From NCBI GenBank assembly GCA_020137815.1, contig CM035361.1, forward strand, positions 3,100,001-3,164,000: a stretch of DNA of 64,000 nt, read 5' to 3'. Source of the stretch: Hormiphora californensis (lineage: Eukaryota > Animalia > Ctenophora). The notes under the pieces were generated by a model that was not told the DNA's origin, did no database searches, and saw only the letters and a program-made list of their open reading frames with translations. Positions 11,941 through 27,226 of this stretch are shown here, piece by piece; positions within the stretch are counted from its first letter, which is position 1, and each line of letters begins with the position of its first letter. Both the position numbers and the translations under genes were made by a program.

Positions 11941-14900
11941 CCTCATTTATCTATCAAGTACATTCTACGACACTGTTTTTCAGAAACCCTGGTCACTAGA
12001 AGTTGAGATTTGGGTCAACAACAAAGGGAGTTATAAAAATTTCCCGCGAAAATTGATCTACCAATTTTTGATTTAAAACTTTATGCTTCTGAGGATAAAA
12101 AACTCATTGATGATTCAGTACACCTTTGGGGACCCCTATCGTGTCCAGCCCAGGAAGGATACGAGATGCAATACCCTCCCGGGTTTTGAGCTTAAATAGT
12201 AGTAGCTCTGTGAAGTACCGCCCGGTCGAGATCGATTCTACCCCGTTTAGATATGTGAAGTTCTCCTGCATGATCACACGACCACACGTGTACATAATAT
12301 TGTTTGGGTGATGGACTTTCCATTAAAACGGAATTCCAGCTCTAAATACTCTTACTAATTATCTCGACCAAAACGCGGAGTTTTTACGTCAGCCGACCCG
12401 AAACCGGGTTAAATTTGGCCACCCGCTGGTCTCAGGGCCTCAAAATATGTCAAAATATGTTTAAATTATCATTTCGGGTCATTTAGACCTTTTAATTACA
12501 TGTAATTACCCTCTAATTACATGTAATTACCCTTTAATTACATGTAATTACATTTTAATTACATGTAATTACTTCCAATTACATTCCAATTACTTCAGCA
12601 CCTCGAGAGCTTTCGAACGCACCATAGAACACCTTTCTACTCCTTCTAATTGCCGAGTTCTGTATACCCCTTATTTTCACTGTTTTTCGCGTCCTACCCC
12701 TTATAGGTTTGGGCACACCCATCGCCACACCCCCTATACGTCGCGGGACCTCGAGACCTTTCCAACGAGCCATAGAACACCTCTCTACTACTTCAGGGGG
12801 CTTCAAAACTTTCACTCTAAAAATATCTATGGTTTATGGTTATGGTTATGGTTTTTTTTTCATCTGGTATTAAGGGCCTGTCGGCTCGGCCCCGTTGTTT
12901 TAGTTTTAGGGGGGATGTTTTAGGGGGGATGGGTTGTGTTTGGGTTATATTCGGGTCGGGGGGCCTTGCCAGGCCCCGAACATAGATGTTAGAGTTATTG
13001 AAAAATAATTTCCATCTAGACTCCCCGAGCCTATCGTCCGCTTTGATCATCACACACGTTCACTATAATGATAGTGGTTGATTGATTAGTACACTAATTT
13101 CAATCAGCTAGCAACAATACTGATTTCTTTCGAACATGTGATCACGGTCGACATGAACTCCGACAGGAAATAGTAATTATCTGGCTCCCATGTTGATATT
13201 CCTACGAATAGTAAAGTGAATAATTAAGATTTAATAGAAGTATTTGTTTTAAAATCTGTAAATTGTGGTTGGTAATTGCCATTACTTTTATTGCAATAAT
13301 TTGCTTAATTTCTTCTTATTGACTCTTTCTTTCTTTCTATCTTTTTGATATCGCAGTAATCTTTTTTGTTTACGAAAGCTATTTTTGATATATCTATGAT
13401 CTATCAACAGCGACCATTGTTTCTTGATATATCTCATCGGTACGTTTCATCATTTCTTCTTCTCCCAAAATCATCCGATCTACTCTATAGGGAGGAAGAG
13501 AGGGAGAGAGGGGGGATTTACGTCTTACGATAGATACATAAGATTTGTGCCGGGAGAGAAAGAGAGAAAGATTGGTGGTTTGGCTCCCGGAAATTAGATA
13601 TCCCATAGTACCCCCGCAGCTCCCCCATAATTAAAGCACTGTAAATCGGGTCCCCTTTAAATCTGGTGCCCCGCTCTGTTGCAGGATTTCCTATTAGTTA
13701 CTATACAGCACTAATTTTACTGTATCTTGGTATCTTTACGTTTAACAACATAATAGTCGCTCCTACACTTGGGCACCTCACGCCCCTGTTCTCCTACATA
13801 CACATACATGTTGAACGACGGGGCATATAAATTGGGACTGGATCAATGATAGAGGCCTGAGGCACTTTGAATGGTGATGAGTTGACTCTGTCATTGTGTC
13901 AGGCCAATGATCGCTCTGACCACTGTAATTCTCACGAACTCTCAGTAGCGATCCCTCGTAAACAAATTGATGGTTTAAAGGTTGTTTTTTCAAATATCTG
14001 AATAACTATATGGCTTAGAGCTCTGAAACTTTGACCACTTGGTCTCCACTCTCCTTGATTGATGGTTTTTTAAATTCATTCATTCATTGATCACCAACCA
14101 TTATTTCCTACGACACTATTGACTTAGTTGATATTATTAACATTAACATTAATACAATCGACAGTTATAGCTTGCATCAACCATCCCTTCAACAATACAA
14201 TTGTACAGGTACACCCTGATTAGGTATACCATGTGATCACTGGTATAGTGGATTAGGAGGGGGGGTCCACTGCAGCATAGTGCTGCATGTTATACACATT
14301 AGTTGTCATTCATGCAGCTCATGTGTATATGCACATCCTGAGAGTTTCGCCTCTCACACTGAATCTGATCGTTGTAGTCCAAGAACCTGCACCTAAACCT
14401 GCACCTAAAACGTGGAAGCTGAAGAGGCTTGCTCTGTTATATGCTAGAATCGTGAGGAGAAGTGTTAATGTTTGAGTTTATTCTCACTTTGAGAATAAAC
14501 TCAAACAGTACTAGTCTCAAAGGCTACTGGTTATTATATAACGCCAGTTTTAAAGTGGCTCGATCCTTCTTTCTCTGGCCTGAATGAGCTTAAAGGGATA
14601 CTGACATATTCAAAAATGTTTGACTTTTTCAACGATCCTGGGTGTGGTAACTGGTTGGGAGATAAAAATACGATGAGTCGAAGTGCGAACTCTCTACTCC
14701 CTCTCGTTCTCAAGATACAGGGCCCCACCTTTTATCACTTCTTAATTGGTTTGGGTATAGAGGGAGAGCCGTATTGCAAATTACATGTAAACATGAGTAT
14801 GTTTATCTATCAATATCTCAACTTTCACATGCACGATTTTGATCGGATTTTTTTCTGAAAGTTACATCATGTGTACATGAAAAAACTCAGCGTGTATAAC

Positions 14901-15518
14901 ACTTTTGCAAACCCCACCAGGCATTCCCTATACTAGACATTGCGTTTCTTTGATGTGTTGCGACTCAGGTTTTGCGTGGGATGTACCAACATAGTCAATT
15001 TGGCGAATTGGTGGATGTACAATGTATTAGCATTCATAATGTACAATCAGTTGCAACTAGTTATTGAGTTCAGATATTTCCTTTGATCGATGTCCGGATG
15101 CATCGAAATGTAATGACCGTTTGGCGTCTGCAGTCTTTTTGTGATCAATGAGTTGCGGGGAGTGATCATTTCGTATGTAACTCATTGGCTAAGTTTTAGG
15201 TTAACAAAAACCCATACCCTAATTAGTCATGATATGTATGCAATATATTCGCTTACATATTTACCCGACCATCCCGGTAAATCGGGGTCCGAATAGCTGT
15301 ACTGCAATAAATGGAACATTGCACGTGTATTACATACTGTATACATGTTGAGCTCTTTTGTTCTCCAGGATTCTATGTGTATAAGCATGGTTCTACCTAA
15401 TGCCATATATAATATATGTGTGATTCTCTGTATGCATACGATCAGCATACTGTGCCTGTAACACCCTCTCATTCTCCTTCAATAGAGTGTTCGTTGTGAA
15501 ACACTGTGTCCGAACTTA

Positions 15519-15781
15519 CGCGGCGTCATACACATTTTCATTTGGAATTTTCACTTGGAATTTTCATTTGAAAACCATCCACACGCATGCACGTGCAAGC
15601 TTCAAACACAAGTTAGAACCATGGGACCTTCACTAAAGTGATCCTTGGATCAAAACAAATAAGTTAGTGAAGGTCCCGTGCTTCTAACTTGTGTTTGAAG
15701 CTTGCACGTGCATGCGTGTGGATGGTTTTCAAATGAAAATTCCAAATGAAAATTCCAAATAAAAATGTGTATGACGGACTG
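15519..15781. mobile_element. Palindromic MITE (PIF/Harbinger-like, possible TTA TSD)
   Basis: Near-perfect inverted arms of about 110 bp (CGTCATACACATTTT...AAAATGTGTATGACG). Confidence 0.75.
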
Positions 15782-16293
15782 TTAGAACTAAACAATTTAA
15801 TGAAACATTGTGCGAGTGGGTGTGATGCTACAACTGACTTTCAGCAACCATGCCAGCAACTTATGTATGTTTGGTATGTGTCTTTGCTACATGCAATGAG
15901 AGTCATTGTTTTAGAGGTTGTTTTACAAGAAACAGTGAGTGTCAATTTCCCTGGATAAAGTTGATGTAAGATCCTTGGAGTGTAGCAATATTTCACAATT
16001 TTCACATCTATGCTGCATTTTCAACTATAATGGGTAATTCTTTGTATTCAGACAGGATTGAGTCGGGTTGTTCGCAAAAGACTGGGACTTGATGAGAGAG
16101 AACGAGCCAAGTTACATTTAACCAAAAATGTATGGTCTACCTATCTACCAAAACGTACCATGTTACGTTCAAAGACACTCTGGCAGAGCATTGGCCTGAA
16201 AAAAGACACTTTATTGTGTTCATGCATCAAATGTTGACCAGAACCATCCATCCACCTTTTCATTTTATGTGCACATCTTTCTTTCTCTCTCTT

Positions 16294-16449
<156 letters not shown>

Positions 16450-19400
16450 ATCTCTCTTCTCCCTCTCTCTGTTTTTAGCCATGTCGGCAGGTTCATTATT
16501 GAATTTGTTTGCATAAGTTTTGCTGTGTATCTCGCACACCCATTCGCGAGCCCCGTGGTGCCTGCAGCTTTATATTGACCCTCTCTCCCTACTTTTGAAC
16601 TACCCGAGGCAACGTGTCTTAATATTATGCATTTTGGCCATAAATTATAGTACATATTATGAGAATGTTAAATAGCGGTTGACCCTTTCCAGTTTCCATG
16701 CGGTTTTGATATTTATCCCCGAGAATAATGTAACTGTATTGATGCTGCATTCACGTTCTTTATGTTTAAATAAATTTGGATGTGGTCTCCCCCGATGCGT
16801 TCCATTGCCTTACTCGACTCAATTTACATTAATACTAGGGGAGTCATTATGGGGTATTCCTCAAGTAAAGGCCAAGGGGTTTTCTTCGGAAGGGCGAATA
16901 ATGAATATAATATAATATGCTATTCACATTCATCATGCTATTCACGGCTATTCACGGCTATTCAACTTGTTTACATATCTATTAATGCATCTCCTCAACT
17001 TGTCCTCAACAGTGTCCTTAGCGATATTACTATAGATAATGCCTGCAGGTTTACATACAGTGTCCTTTGCGAGAATGAGAGAAAGTTGAGAGAGTTAGAA
17101 TATGCAGATGATGGTATGTATCCGGCTTTAACGGCATCAAGTCGCTGAGAAACCTCAATGTCTTATATCACGTGCCATTTGTCAATGATTTATTAAGTTT
17201 TCCTGTTTTGTAGCTATTATATTGTGTCTTCCGATTGTTTATGTCAATCCATGCATCTAAACTGTTATCGTATTATCTAACTTATAAATACAACTGCACA
17301 TGTCAGTTATTCTTTAAGTGGCAGAGAATAGAAGGAATCGTCTTAAGAAACTGATTGCACAATTATCCCGGCGATGAATAACGAAAGCTTGTTTTAAAAA
17401 CGCGAGATACTAATAATATATATTGTGTCGTTGACACAAGAGATACAATCTCAGAGTGCAGGAATATCAACAAACTTTTTAAAGACGATTCCTGTTATTA
17501 AATTGTCTCTCTCGAGTCTTTAAAAAATGCTTTAATATATAAACTTTATCATACATCATCGTACAAAGTATTAAAGTACTTGTGTGTGTGTATGTGTCCC
17601 TATTTGTGTCCCTCTCTGTGTGTCTGTGTGTCCCTCTGTGTGTCTGTGTGTCCCTCTGTGTGTATGTGTGTCCCTCTGTGTGTGTGTGTTGAAGATTTGG
17701 TAGTCTCTGATTGTATTACATATGGCATGTAATAATAATGACAAGCATTTACACACAGACAGACAGTACACCTCGAAGCTGCATTATATCGCCTGATTAT
17801 AATATTGGTGATCTGGTAACTCTATAATTCAGTCTGAGAGTCTCTCTCTAATCTCTTGGTGACGCGGCCACCCCTACACTAGCCGCGCGCAGCACGGCTA
17901 AACGAAGCCTGCGATGGCATCACCAAACTAATCTCTGTTACCCTAGAGTCTGACACGGTGATCTATCTTTGTGTCACACAAATTGTGTGTTTCATTTTGA
18001 TTAACACACAACTTTGCATTTGATTCTCATCATAATTACACTAATTATGAAATTAGACTAATGGCTGGCGCCTGGCCCACGCACTAAGTATTAAAACATG
18101 ATGAGCTATTAGAGAATCTGCCCCACGTCGTTTAGCTTCTCCCTAATCTCTTTCTTTCATTAGATATTGAAATTTTGTTATCTGGCACACAGATCATGCA
18201 TATTCTATGTAAAACGTAGTATGGTCATGCAGACACTCTTGGTGTTAGGCGGTTTTAGTTGTGGTTGCATAATTGCATATAGGTTTCGAGGTTTGGTGGG
18301 ACGTTGTTGGTTGATGTTGGGTTTGGTTGGTGTTGCAGGGTTTGTATCGGTCCTTTGGGTTTGGTCTGGCAGCATGTTTCATGTTCTCAACATACTTTAA
18401 ATACCCTGTAACTAAAGTGGCAGCTAATTCTTTTTTGTTTGGTGCATGTGACGCAGTAAACTTGTTTCAACTCTTTGATCACATTGTAACTATAGTTTTC
18501 TTTAAACGTACTTCTTAGCAAGTATTTAGTATAGTTAATTTTTTCTAGCAGCTCCCTGCTACATGGTAATTTTGGGTGAGTTTTATTGCAACTCCGTACG
18601 TGACAGTTTGTTTCTAAAAATTTGTTCGAAAAGTAAAACTAAATGACACGGGATACGAATTGGATAATCTCTGTTATACCGAGATCTCGCTGAGCCTTCT
18701 CGGACTAAGATTTTCGCATGCACTTAGTGGTTTGATCATGCATAATTGATCAAAGTTTATCAACTCATTGCGTTTGGTACTTTAAAAGGTTTCGTATAAT
18801 ACTCCATGTGGCGAAAACAAATTATATGAAAAAGGAAAAGCAGTTATTGGCTCCATGTTACACATATATGTACACCCTACTTATACATAGCAACAGGGGG
18901 CCAGAATAATCTGCCTTTTACTGCAGCTGCTGCTGCTGTAGGTTTCGCCTGTTGGGTCAACTTCTCGGTGCTACGAGTCGGACCCTAAATTGGCCTTTCC
19001 TGCAATTGCCTCTCTGTACCCCTGGAAGGTGTCGCGGAGAGAGAGTTTGGTAAGAGACATTGAAAGAGAAGGATAGAGAGTGGGATAGAGAGAACGAAAG
19101 ATGTAGAGAGAGAGAGAGGGACAAAGAAGGATAGAATAAGAGAATGAGAGAGGGGGAGAGACATTGAGAAAGGGGATGGATAGTGGTGAAGTGAGTAGAA
19201 GTAAAGGAGGCATAATCTAGCGTACTAATTAAAAATATATACGTCCCCCTTCCTGGGGGGGCTAGAGGATAGGAAACGGGTCGAGTTTAGAAATAACGAT
19301 GGAGAGATAGTAGTAACAGATTGGAACTAATATATACGTGTTCCTTAGAAAGCATTATCTCTTTAAGTACTTGGTCGTTTTCTTGGAATATATTGGCTAA

Positions 19401-21299
19401 AGAAAGAGCGACAAAGGGCCGCTGTATTTGTAGCTTCCTGCCAACGATTTAGCTGTTTTATGGCTTAGAGTTCATACGAATTAAACTGCAAATTTGTACA
19501 ACCAATTTCGTATAATTTTCTGAACATCGCTCACGTGGTAAGGATCTTGGCCACTTTGACTCAATATAGTAACCTGGTGATGGGGCCTATCCCGACTAAT
19601 CCAGTTTACTATGCACTATTTCCGCTCTTGGTCCATGATCAGTCTGATCTTTCCCATGGTTATTATCGTGAACCCCTAATGCTAGATTTCCGTTATGTCC
19701 GTGACGCATCAGGAAATTCGAATTAAGGGCACATGCACGAGAGAGGCTCACATACATGTTCTCTCATCACATTGCTCGAGAGATGCGTGTGCCTATTTCT
19801 GAGTTCGTTCAGTATCCTAATTATCTGCTAATTATCTTTTGCTTCCTGCTGATTTCCCACCTTGCCTTCTTTTTATCCACACGTGTTGATGATGATCACA
19901 GTCATGTTGCTTCTGGTTTTGTCCATATATTTCCTTGGCATACGATGCAGTCCCCTGTTTAAAACGTGTGCACTGCCAGCGCATGCCAACATATTTCCTT
20001 TCTCCGTAATTCACAATGCGAATTTCACATCTTCTTCAGTTTACTCCATATACTAATTCGATGACACTTTCGATTTCATCCACTTTCTTTCACACACCTA
20101 GTCTTTCTAAAGACTAGGTGTGTTCTATAATATTACGAAATTTAGTAAATCATGTCAGTTATAATAATATCTTCTAATGAATGCTTTGATTAATGCTGTA
20201 AGGTGTAAATCTGGGCGTTTTCCGTTTGTAAACCCGCTAACACAATTTGCAAACGTTTAACTAGCGTGCCAAGTAGTAGTCAGACTATTTATCGTATCAT
20301 ACTGCGGCAATTCAGTTATAAGCTTTCTGCTGACTTGAATAGGTCTATTTAAATAGCCGTTTCAAAAGCATATTTTCTAAAATACACCTGCTGAATTAAA
20401 TGCAACATGTTTGTATTTCCCTTTGTCAATCGCCCCTTTCAGCATGGTGCTCCATTTGAAATTTCAAAACAAGCATCACCCCAGTTCAACTAGTGTATTC
20501 TCAGGCCTGTTAACCCTTTGAGGACCACAGGCCATATATGACCCATTGCACTAAAGACTGATTTCTCAGCTTCAGGATTAACTTTTGAGCCCAAACTAAA
20601 GCCTAAATCATAGTTTAGACATTTCTCTACCTAAAAATCCAATTTTCATGCGCAATCATTGATGTTAAGGCTTAGATAATTGGGTCCAAATGATGTTCAT
20701 TTTGGTCATTTTTTAACTTTTGATGCCATTTCTAAACGCCTCCTACGAATTTTCTATAATTTTAAACACTTTAGAAGAAGACCAACTAGAACTGCAAGAA
20801 AAAAGCCGCATCAAAAAATGTTAAAAATTGACTGAGCTATAGCGATTTCAAAAATTGGGTCATATATGACCCAGTGGTACTTATATGGTACAAAAAGGTT
20901 AGAGACGTCCTGTGTGAGCTATACTGTTATCAGGGACATAAAAACCGGCTCATTGGTGTACTAGAGGCATGACTAAACTGTTACAACCGGAATATTACGT
21001 CTCAGACGGTTTTTTACCTGATTTGGGTCATATATGACCCAGTGGGCCGTTTGGGAAAATTTCAATGATATTGCCGAAAACTAATGAGTTTCGCTATTTC
21101 AACACAAAATAAGCATTTGAAAGTTATTAATATGCTATAAAATGATTGTTTAACCATTCAAATTAGATATTATGGGAATATTTACTAGATTTGGGTCATA
21201 TATGACCCAGTGGGTCGTATAGGAAAAAAACATATACTTCGAATTCAAAAACTCAAATTTCGGTCTTTATTTGATGTACAACCAATTACTCGTATCAAT

Positions 21300-22040
21300 A
21301 CAAATCCAATCAATAATAGTCCAATCATTCTAACTGATGGTGATGATAAAAACAGTTTCGCTTTTGAGTCAGACAGAACCCCCTCCATTTACAACCACTC
21401 TTTCGAAGTTTCAGTTTTATTTGGATGGATGGCCTGGTAAGCTATTCGTGAGTTTATGAGTGATTGATCCATAATATTAAACACTAGTCTGAGATAGGAC
21501 ATGTGTTTCGACCTCCTATTAGTTCCGCAAGTAATAGACAGTCTGTCGTGCAAGTCAACTCCCCCCATATAGGCATTGTAGGACTTGATCACTTCTGGGC
21601 ATGGAAAGGACGACTTTGTTGCCTTCCCCTTCACTCTTCTCTGGACTGTTTCGACTTTTCCCAGCTATTGGCGCTTGTAATGACATGAACAGCCTTGTTG
21701 TCGATCCATTTTACCACGTTTATTGTCGTAGATGCTACTGCAGATGCGGTAGGTGACCGGAATATCTTCATCTTTCCACGTGACATGTCCTTATCTGCAG
21801 GAAACGATGGCTTCTTTTCGACCTGCTGAAACTACCCCGGTATAATAGATACCATTCTCGAGAAGATTGAGGACTAGGGCGGGGGTTGAGAAGTAGTTGT
21901 CGGCGTACACGTTGACCCAGGTGTCCTACAGAGATTCTGTGAGACTAACAACAACAGATTCGCCTAGCCCCAGCTCAGGTGATTCTTTCCGTCCCGTGTA
22001 TAAGGCAAATTGATATTTGATAAAGGCAACCATTTTTACT
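21300..22040 (-). pseudogene. piggyBac transposase remnant, inverted copy
   Basis: LGLGESVVVSLTESL*..VYADNYFSTPAL and YNAYMGGVDLHDRL on the minus strand; carries a deletion relative to the + strand copy. Confidence 0.8.
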
Positions 22041-22041
22041 C

Positions 22042-22800
22042 TTGCATCTTCTCGAGAATGGTATCTATTATTATACCGGGGTAGTTTCAGCAGGTCGAAA
22101 AGGAATGCCATCGTTTCCTGCAGATAAGGACATGTCACGTGGAGAGATGAAGATATTCCGGTCACCTGCCGCATCTGCAGTAGCATCTACGGCAACAAAC
22201 GTGGTAAAATGGATCGACAATAAGCCTGTTCATGTCATTACAAGCGCCAATAGCTGTGAAAAAGTCGAAACAGTCCTGAGAAGAGTGAAGGGGAAGGCAA
22301 CAAAGACGTCCTTTCCATGCCCAGAAGTGATCAAGTCCTACAATGCCTATATAATGGGGGAGTCGACTTGCACGACAGACTGTCTATTACTTGTGGAACT
22401 GATAGGAGGTCGAAAGTCGAAACACAGGTACTATCTCAGACTAGTGTTTAATATTATGGATCAATCACTCATGAACTCACGAATAGCTTACCAGGCCATC
22501 CATCCGAACAAAACTGAAACTTCGAAAGAGTTTCGTTTGGCAGTTTGTAGAGGTATAGTTGAGGACTTTAGTTGTATAGAACGGGCATTCCCATTGCAAT
22601 AGGTTAAGAAAGACGGATCATCTGCTCCAGCTCTTTCTGGGAGCCATCTTCCAGTTTACGTCGATCAGAGGCGTAAGTGTAATGTTTACAAATCGGACAA
22701 GAAAACCTATATTGGTTGTTCGGCTAGTGGTTGTAAAGGGAGGGGTTGAGGGTTCTGTCTGACTCAAAAGCGAAACTGTTTTTATCATCACCATCAGTTA
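22042..22800 (+). pseudogene. piggyBac transposase C-terminal remnant (frameshifted)
   Basis: KWIDNKPVHVITS, CPEVIKSYNAY, frameshift at the GGVD motif, decayed Cys-rich tail. Confidence 0.8.
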
Positions 22801-23651
22801 GAATGATTGGACTATTATTGATTGGATTTGTATTGATACGAGTAATTGGTTGTACATCAAATAAGGATTGAAATTTGAGTTTTTAAATTCGAAGTATGTT
22901 TTTTTCCTATACGACCCACTGGGTCATATATGACCCAAATCTAGTAAATATTCCCATAATATCTAATTTGAATGGTTAAACAATCATTATATAGCATATT
23001 AATAACTTTCAAATGCTTATTTTGTGTTGAAATAGCGAATCTCATTAGTTTTCGGCAATATCATTTAAATTTTCCCAAACGGCCCACTGGGTCATATATG
23101 ACCCAAATCAGGTAAAAAAACCGTCTGAGACGTAATATTCCGGTTGTAACAGTTTAGTCATGTCTCTAGTACACCAATGAGCCGGTTTTTATGTCCCTGA
23201 TAACAGTATAGCTCACACAGGACGTCTCGAACCTTTTTGTACCATATAAGTACCACTGGGTCATATATGACCCATGCCATAACACAAAAAGTAAAAACCC
23301 GATTTCAGTAAACCCTTTTCGTATAATCTTAGACTATTCTCCTGACCTTCTCCACAAAAAATTAGAAAATTCTGTTCGGCCAATCGTTATGGTCCTCAAA
23401 GGGTTAATTAGCAGGAAGACCCTTGTCTCTTGGCTCTCAGCAGTAATAACCATTGATACAGGCCGCTCCAGGAACATCCATTCGAATATATAGCTCATTC
23501 CACTCCTATGAACATTGAACAATGCCAACTTCTTTCCTGTTGCATCAACTGTTCTGTTATTACCGACAATATCCGTGTCTCCACGGTCCCCGATTTTCTT
23601 GGGCCAAGTGACCACGGGGGGAGGAACAAAGAGCTGGGAGCCGGAAGGGAG

Positions 23652-23727
<76 letters not shown>

Positions 23728-24235
23728 GAGAGAGGAGAGAGTGTATTGACTTCTATTTGCAGCAGTTATATCCAACGTTATGCTAACAGTATTGTTGTTG
23801 GGTATTATAATTAGCGAGTCTTTCCGTGTGGCCTTCCTTGTTGATTCCTATAATGATCCCCAATATATATGTGTAAACATCCCAAAATCTTACATTCATT
23901 CTCATCCTTTTTTCTGCAGTTTCTGCTTATTTGGTGTTTTTGTTTTTTTTAAATCATTTTCACCTGGTTGAGCTACTTCTTAGATGTTTCCAGGCTACCT
24001 GAATTTTGTTGTACGACTTGTATAATAATCAGTACTGAGTTGAATGACTGCATGTGATTTGTTTTGTTTCCTTTTCTTTTGTCACTTTTGTATTCTCTCG
24101 AAGGTCGAAAATAGATTTATATTTTGACATCGGTTGAAAAGCTTTGTTTCAAAATAAAGATTGGATAAAATGTATCTTGTATTTGATCAAAGTTCTAGTC
24201 TAGTTCATACCTTCTATCTATTTCATTCCCTGCAG

Positions 24236-24344
24236 CATGAACCGACCGAATCAGGAAATACTGGTCCCTGATAGGCTGATAACCAGTCACGTGACCTAAA
24301 TAACGAGTTCTGATTGGTTGTTTACTTGGTTCGGTCGGTTCCTG
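24236..24344 (-). mobile_element. hAT-like 109-bp MITE
   Basis: TIR CAGGAACCGACCGAA; 8-bp TSD CCCTGCAG. Confidence 0.88.
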
Positions 24345-26045
24345 CCCTGCAGCAACACCAAGTCTGTGTTAAATGATGAATACCCTCTCCATAAGCTCAA
24401 CTTGCCGAATTGTTCGACCGGCCTCTCTCTCTCACATAGCAACCCTCCTCAACATGAGCTGCAGCGAGACTTTCATCACCTTTAAGCTTTGTCTTGTTAA
24501 TTGTTTCCTACTGTGGAATTTGTCTCTTGGTTGAAGTAGGTCCTAGTACTGTAGAAGTTAGAACACATGTGTGGGTATCGGCCTTTTCGTCACCATTTCA
24601 GGAAATAAGAGCTCTAGTATTATAGGTCGACAAAGATCAGTTCTTGTTTTTATTCTTTGATATATATAAAGGAAGATTACCTGTCCAACATTATAATAGT
24701 TGGTGCATAAGCTATCATCGAGTCCAAAACTATCACCACCTTCCGAAAAGAATTTGTCAAAGGCTGCTTCTTCAGTTTTTTTGACCAAAAAGTTCATTTT
24801 TCAAAGTTTCACTTATAACTGCACTGTATTGAGTATTTGAGCCAGCGGGCGGGTAAATAACATTCGACTTCATGTCAGAGTTGACTATTTTGTTGGAAGA
24901 TAATGAATTCACTGATCTGAGTCATTTTGTACCTATATCCTTGGTCTTCTACAGCTGTTTGGTAATGAAATTATCCCTCCACGCGAGCGCCCCGGTGGGC
25001 GCGAGCTATATGAAATATTAGGGGTGACTTCGTAACCAATACAGCTGTATGTGTCAACTTTATCAAAGGTGGCTTCATTAAAATTCATTTCCCCTTAAAA
25101 TGCACAGTGACCTGGACCAAGCGATCATGAATAATCACTTACAGATCAGGAGACTTGCTCCCATACTCAGTGCAAGTGGTGGCCCTTAATCCACACCAAG
25201 GGCCAAAGATAGTTTTTAAAAGCTTAAAATTCATCAAAAACAAAAATTTTCCGGAGGCTTCGTCTCCTAACCCACGCCAAGGACTGAAAATCATTTGAAA
25301 AAGTTTTTTATCAAAAATAAAAATCATCTGTCACCTCAGTCGCTAGGTTTGAGGTTGAAGTGTGGCCTTTGGGTCCTCCAGTAAGAGATCATTACCCGAC
25401 CGTATGTTGTATCCCACAATACAGCGAAAAGTAGAATAATTGGTAACTGGTATGTAGATTATGGTAAATCGGGGTCCAACTGTTATGGTTAATGGTAGAT
25501 AATATTAGCAGCTTCATGGAGCGTTGAATTTGTTTATATATTATTCAAGCTCATTCAACCATTTATTCCTCCGATTCTATATCGAGCCTTCTCCTTTTTC
25601 CTTTTTTTTTCTCTCTCTAAAATCTCCATTTCCTCCCATATAACAGTCTCACAGTCATTCGGCATTTAACTTTTTGACAAAAAATTACAGCCAAGTTGGC
25701 TCTGTGCATCGACTACTGTGGTTTGCCATTATCCGTTTGTGTGCCCTGTAAAGATCAAAATGTTTGCTTCCTTTTGAAGAAACCGACTGTAATATATCTT
25801 GCATCAGTTGTCATATAATATTGGTGTTGCACAATGTTGGATTTACATCAAATTCCGGAACGTGTGACCGTTGAACTTTGTCTGAACTAGCAATTATTGT
25901 GTGATGTAATCCCCTTCTAAGACAGAGTTGGTTATATTTGTGAAATAGCAATCAGTCTCGCGAGGTTTAAAATTATTCTTGGCGAGCAGTGAATCAGGTA
26001 GATTTAGGCTAATCAATTTCTGCCTGCGTTTACAGCCTACATTGT

Positions 26046-26131
<86 letters not shown>

Positions 26132-27226
26132 AACAGAAGAGAAAGAGAGAGAAAGGGGGAAGCAGAGAAAAAGAAAGAGAGGAGGGAAGAGAGAAAAGGA
26201 GAGGGGAGAGAAACAGAGCTAGAGAATACATTAAATGGAATCCGTTTTCTCATCGAGTCTTTTTGATTGCCGCTAGAAATGAGTGCCATTATGCCGTACG
26301 CCGTTCATAAAAGCAATCAAATACGAAACTATAGTATTTCAAACTTGTATTATATGCTACCTTTTTGAGGCATTTCAATATAATCAGGGTCTTGCAATAA
26401 TTGTCAGTGATAGAAAATAAATATAGAAGCTGATCTGTAAGTTTCCTAGTGATAATATTGTGTTCCCAGCAACTCCTATGTATGTTGTTGTGTCTACTGC
26501 AGTATGTAGCAAGTTATAACTGGAGATTATGGAAGTCGGCCAAGCGACGGTTCAGCGAGGATAGTTAGCGATAGATAGATAGAACGAGATAGAGAGAGAT
26601 ATATAGATAGAACGAGATAGAGGGAGAGAGAAAGAGAGAGCACGGCACACGCATGCAGGCATAGTCGTAGAGAGATCAAAGATAGAACGAGATAAAGTCA
26701 CAGAGAGAGAGAAGAGAAAGTTAGAGAGAGAAGGGAGAGGAGAGAAGGGAAAGAAGATATAAGAGAGCGAAGAAAGAGAGATTGACATCTAGGTAGATAC
26801 AGAATGAGGTTGATGTTGTTTAGAGAGAGAGGGAGAGAGAGAGGGAGAGAGAGCGAGAGAAAGAGAGAGAGGGAGAGAGGTAGAGCTAAGAGATGTAGTT
26901 GTAGTATCTAAAATAGATCCGAAGCGCCTTAACGGCTTATCGTTACACCACACGTCTACTGCTGCAGTGCAGATATCTTTTTCTTGATATTGAGTTGTCT
27001 GGTACCGCCAGCCCGTCTTGATTCCTATATATAGGATTATATATAATCTCAAGCGACTCAAGCCCCACAGCCCTAGTACGGGAAGTAGCTAGTTTGCCTT
27101 GTTATTGACGTCATATAACCTGTTACAGTGTTACACCGCGTGTTGATTGCTATCTTACTTCATAGCAAGACATGGTACTCCTAATTGTTTGAATGTTTGG
27201 GATGAGATCAATCGATTTTGAAGTTA

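Larger units (their letters stand above)
20514..23403. mobile_element. Defective piggyBac element with an internal inverted duplication
   Basis: TTAA on both sides, 14-bp TIR CCCTTTGAGGACCA; transposase remnants on both strands (ADNYFST, WIDNKPV, YNAYMGGVDLHD); repeated palindrome TGGGTCATATATGACCCA. Confidence 0.92.

Noticed and set aside
13300-15200. Minus-strand exon-like fragments
   Set aside because: Frequent stops and no consistent phase chain; cannot be distinguished from a decayed repeat.
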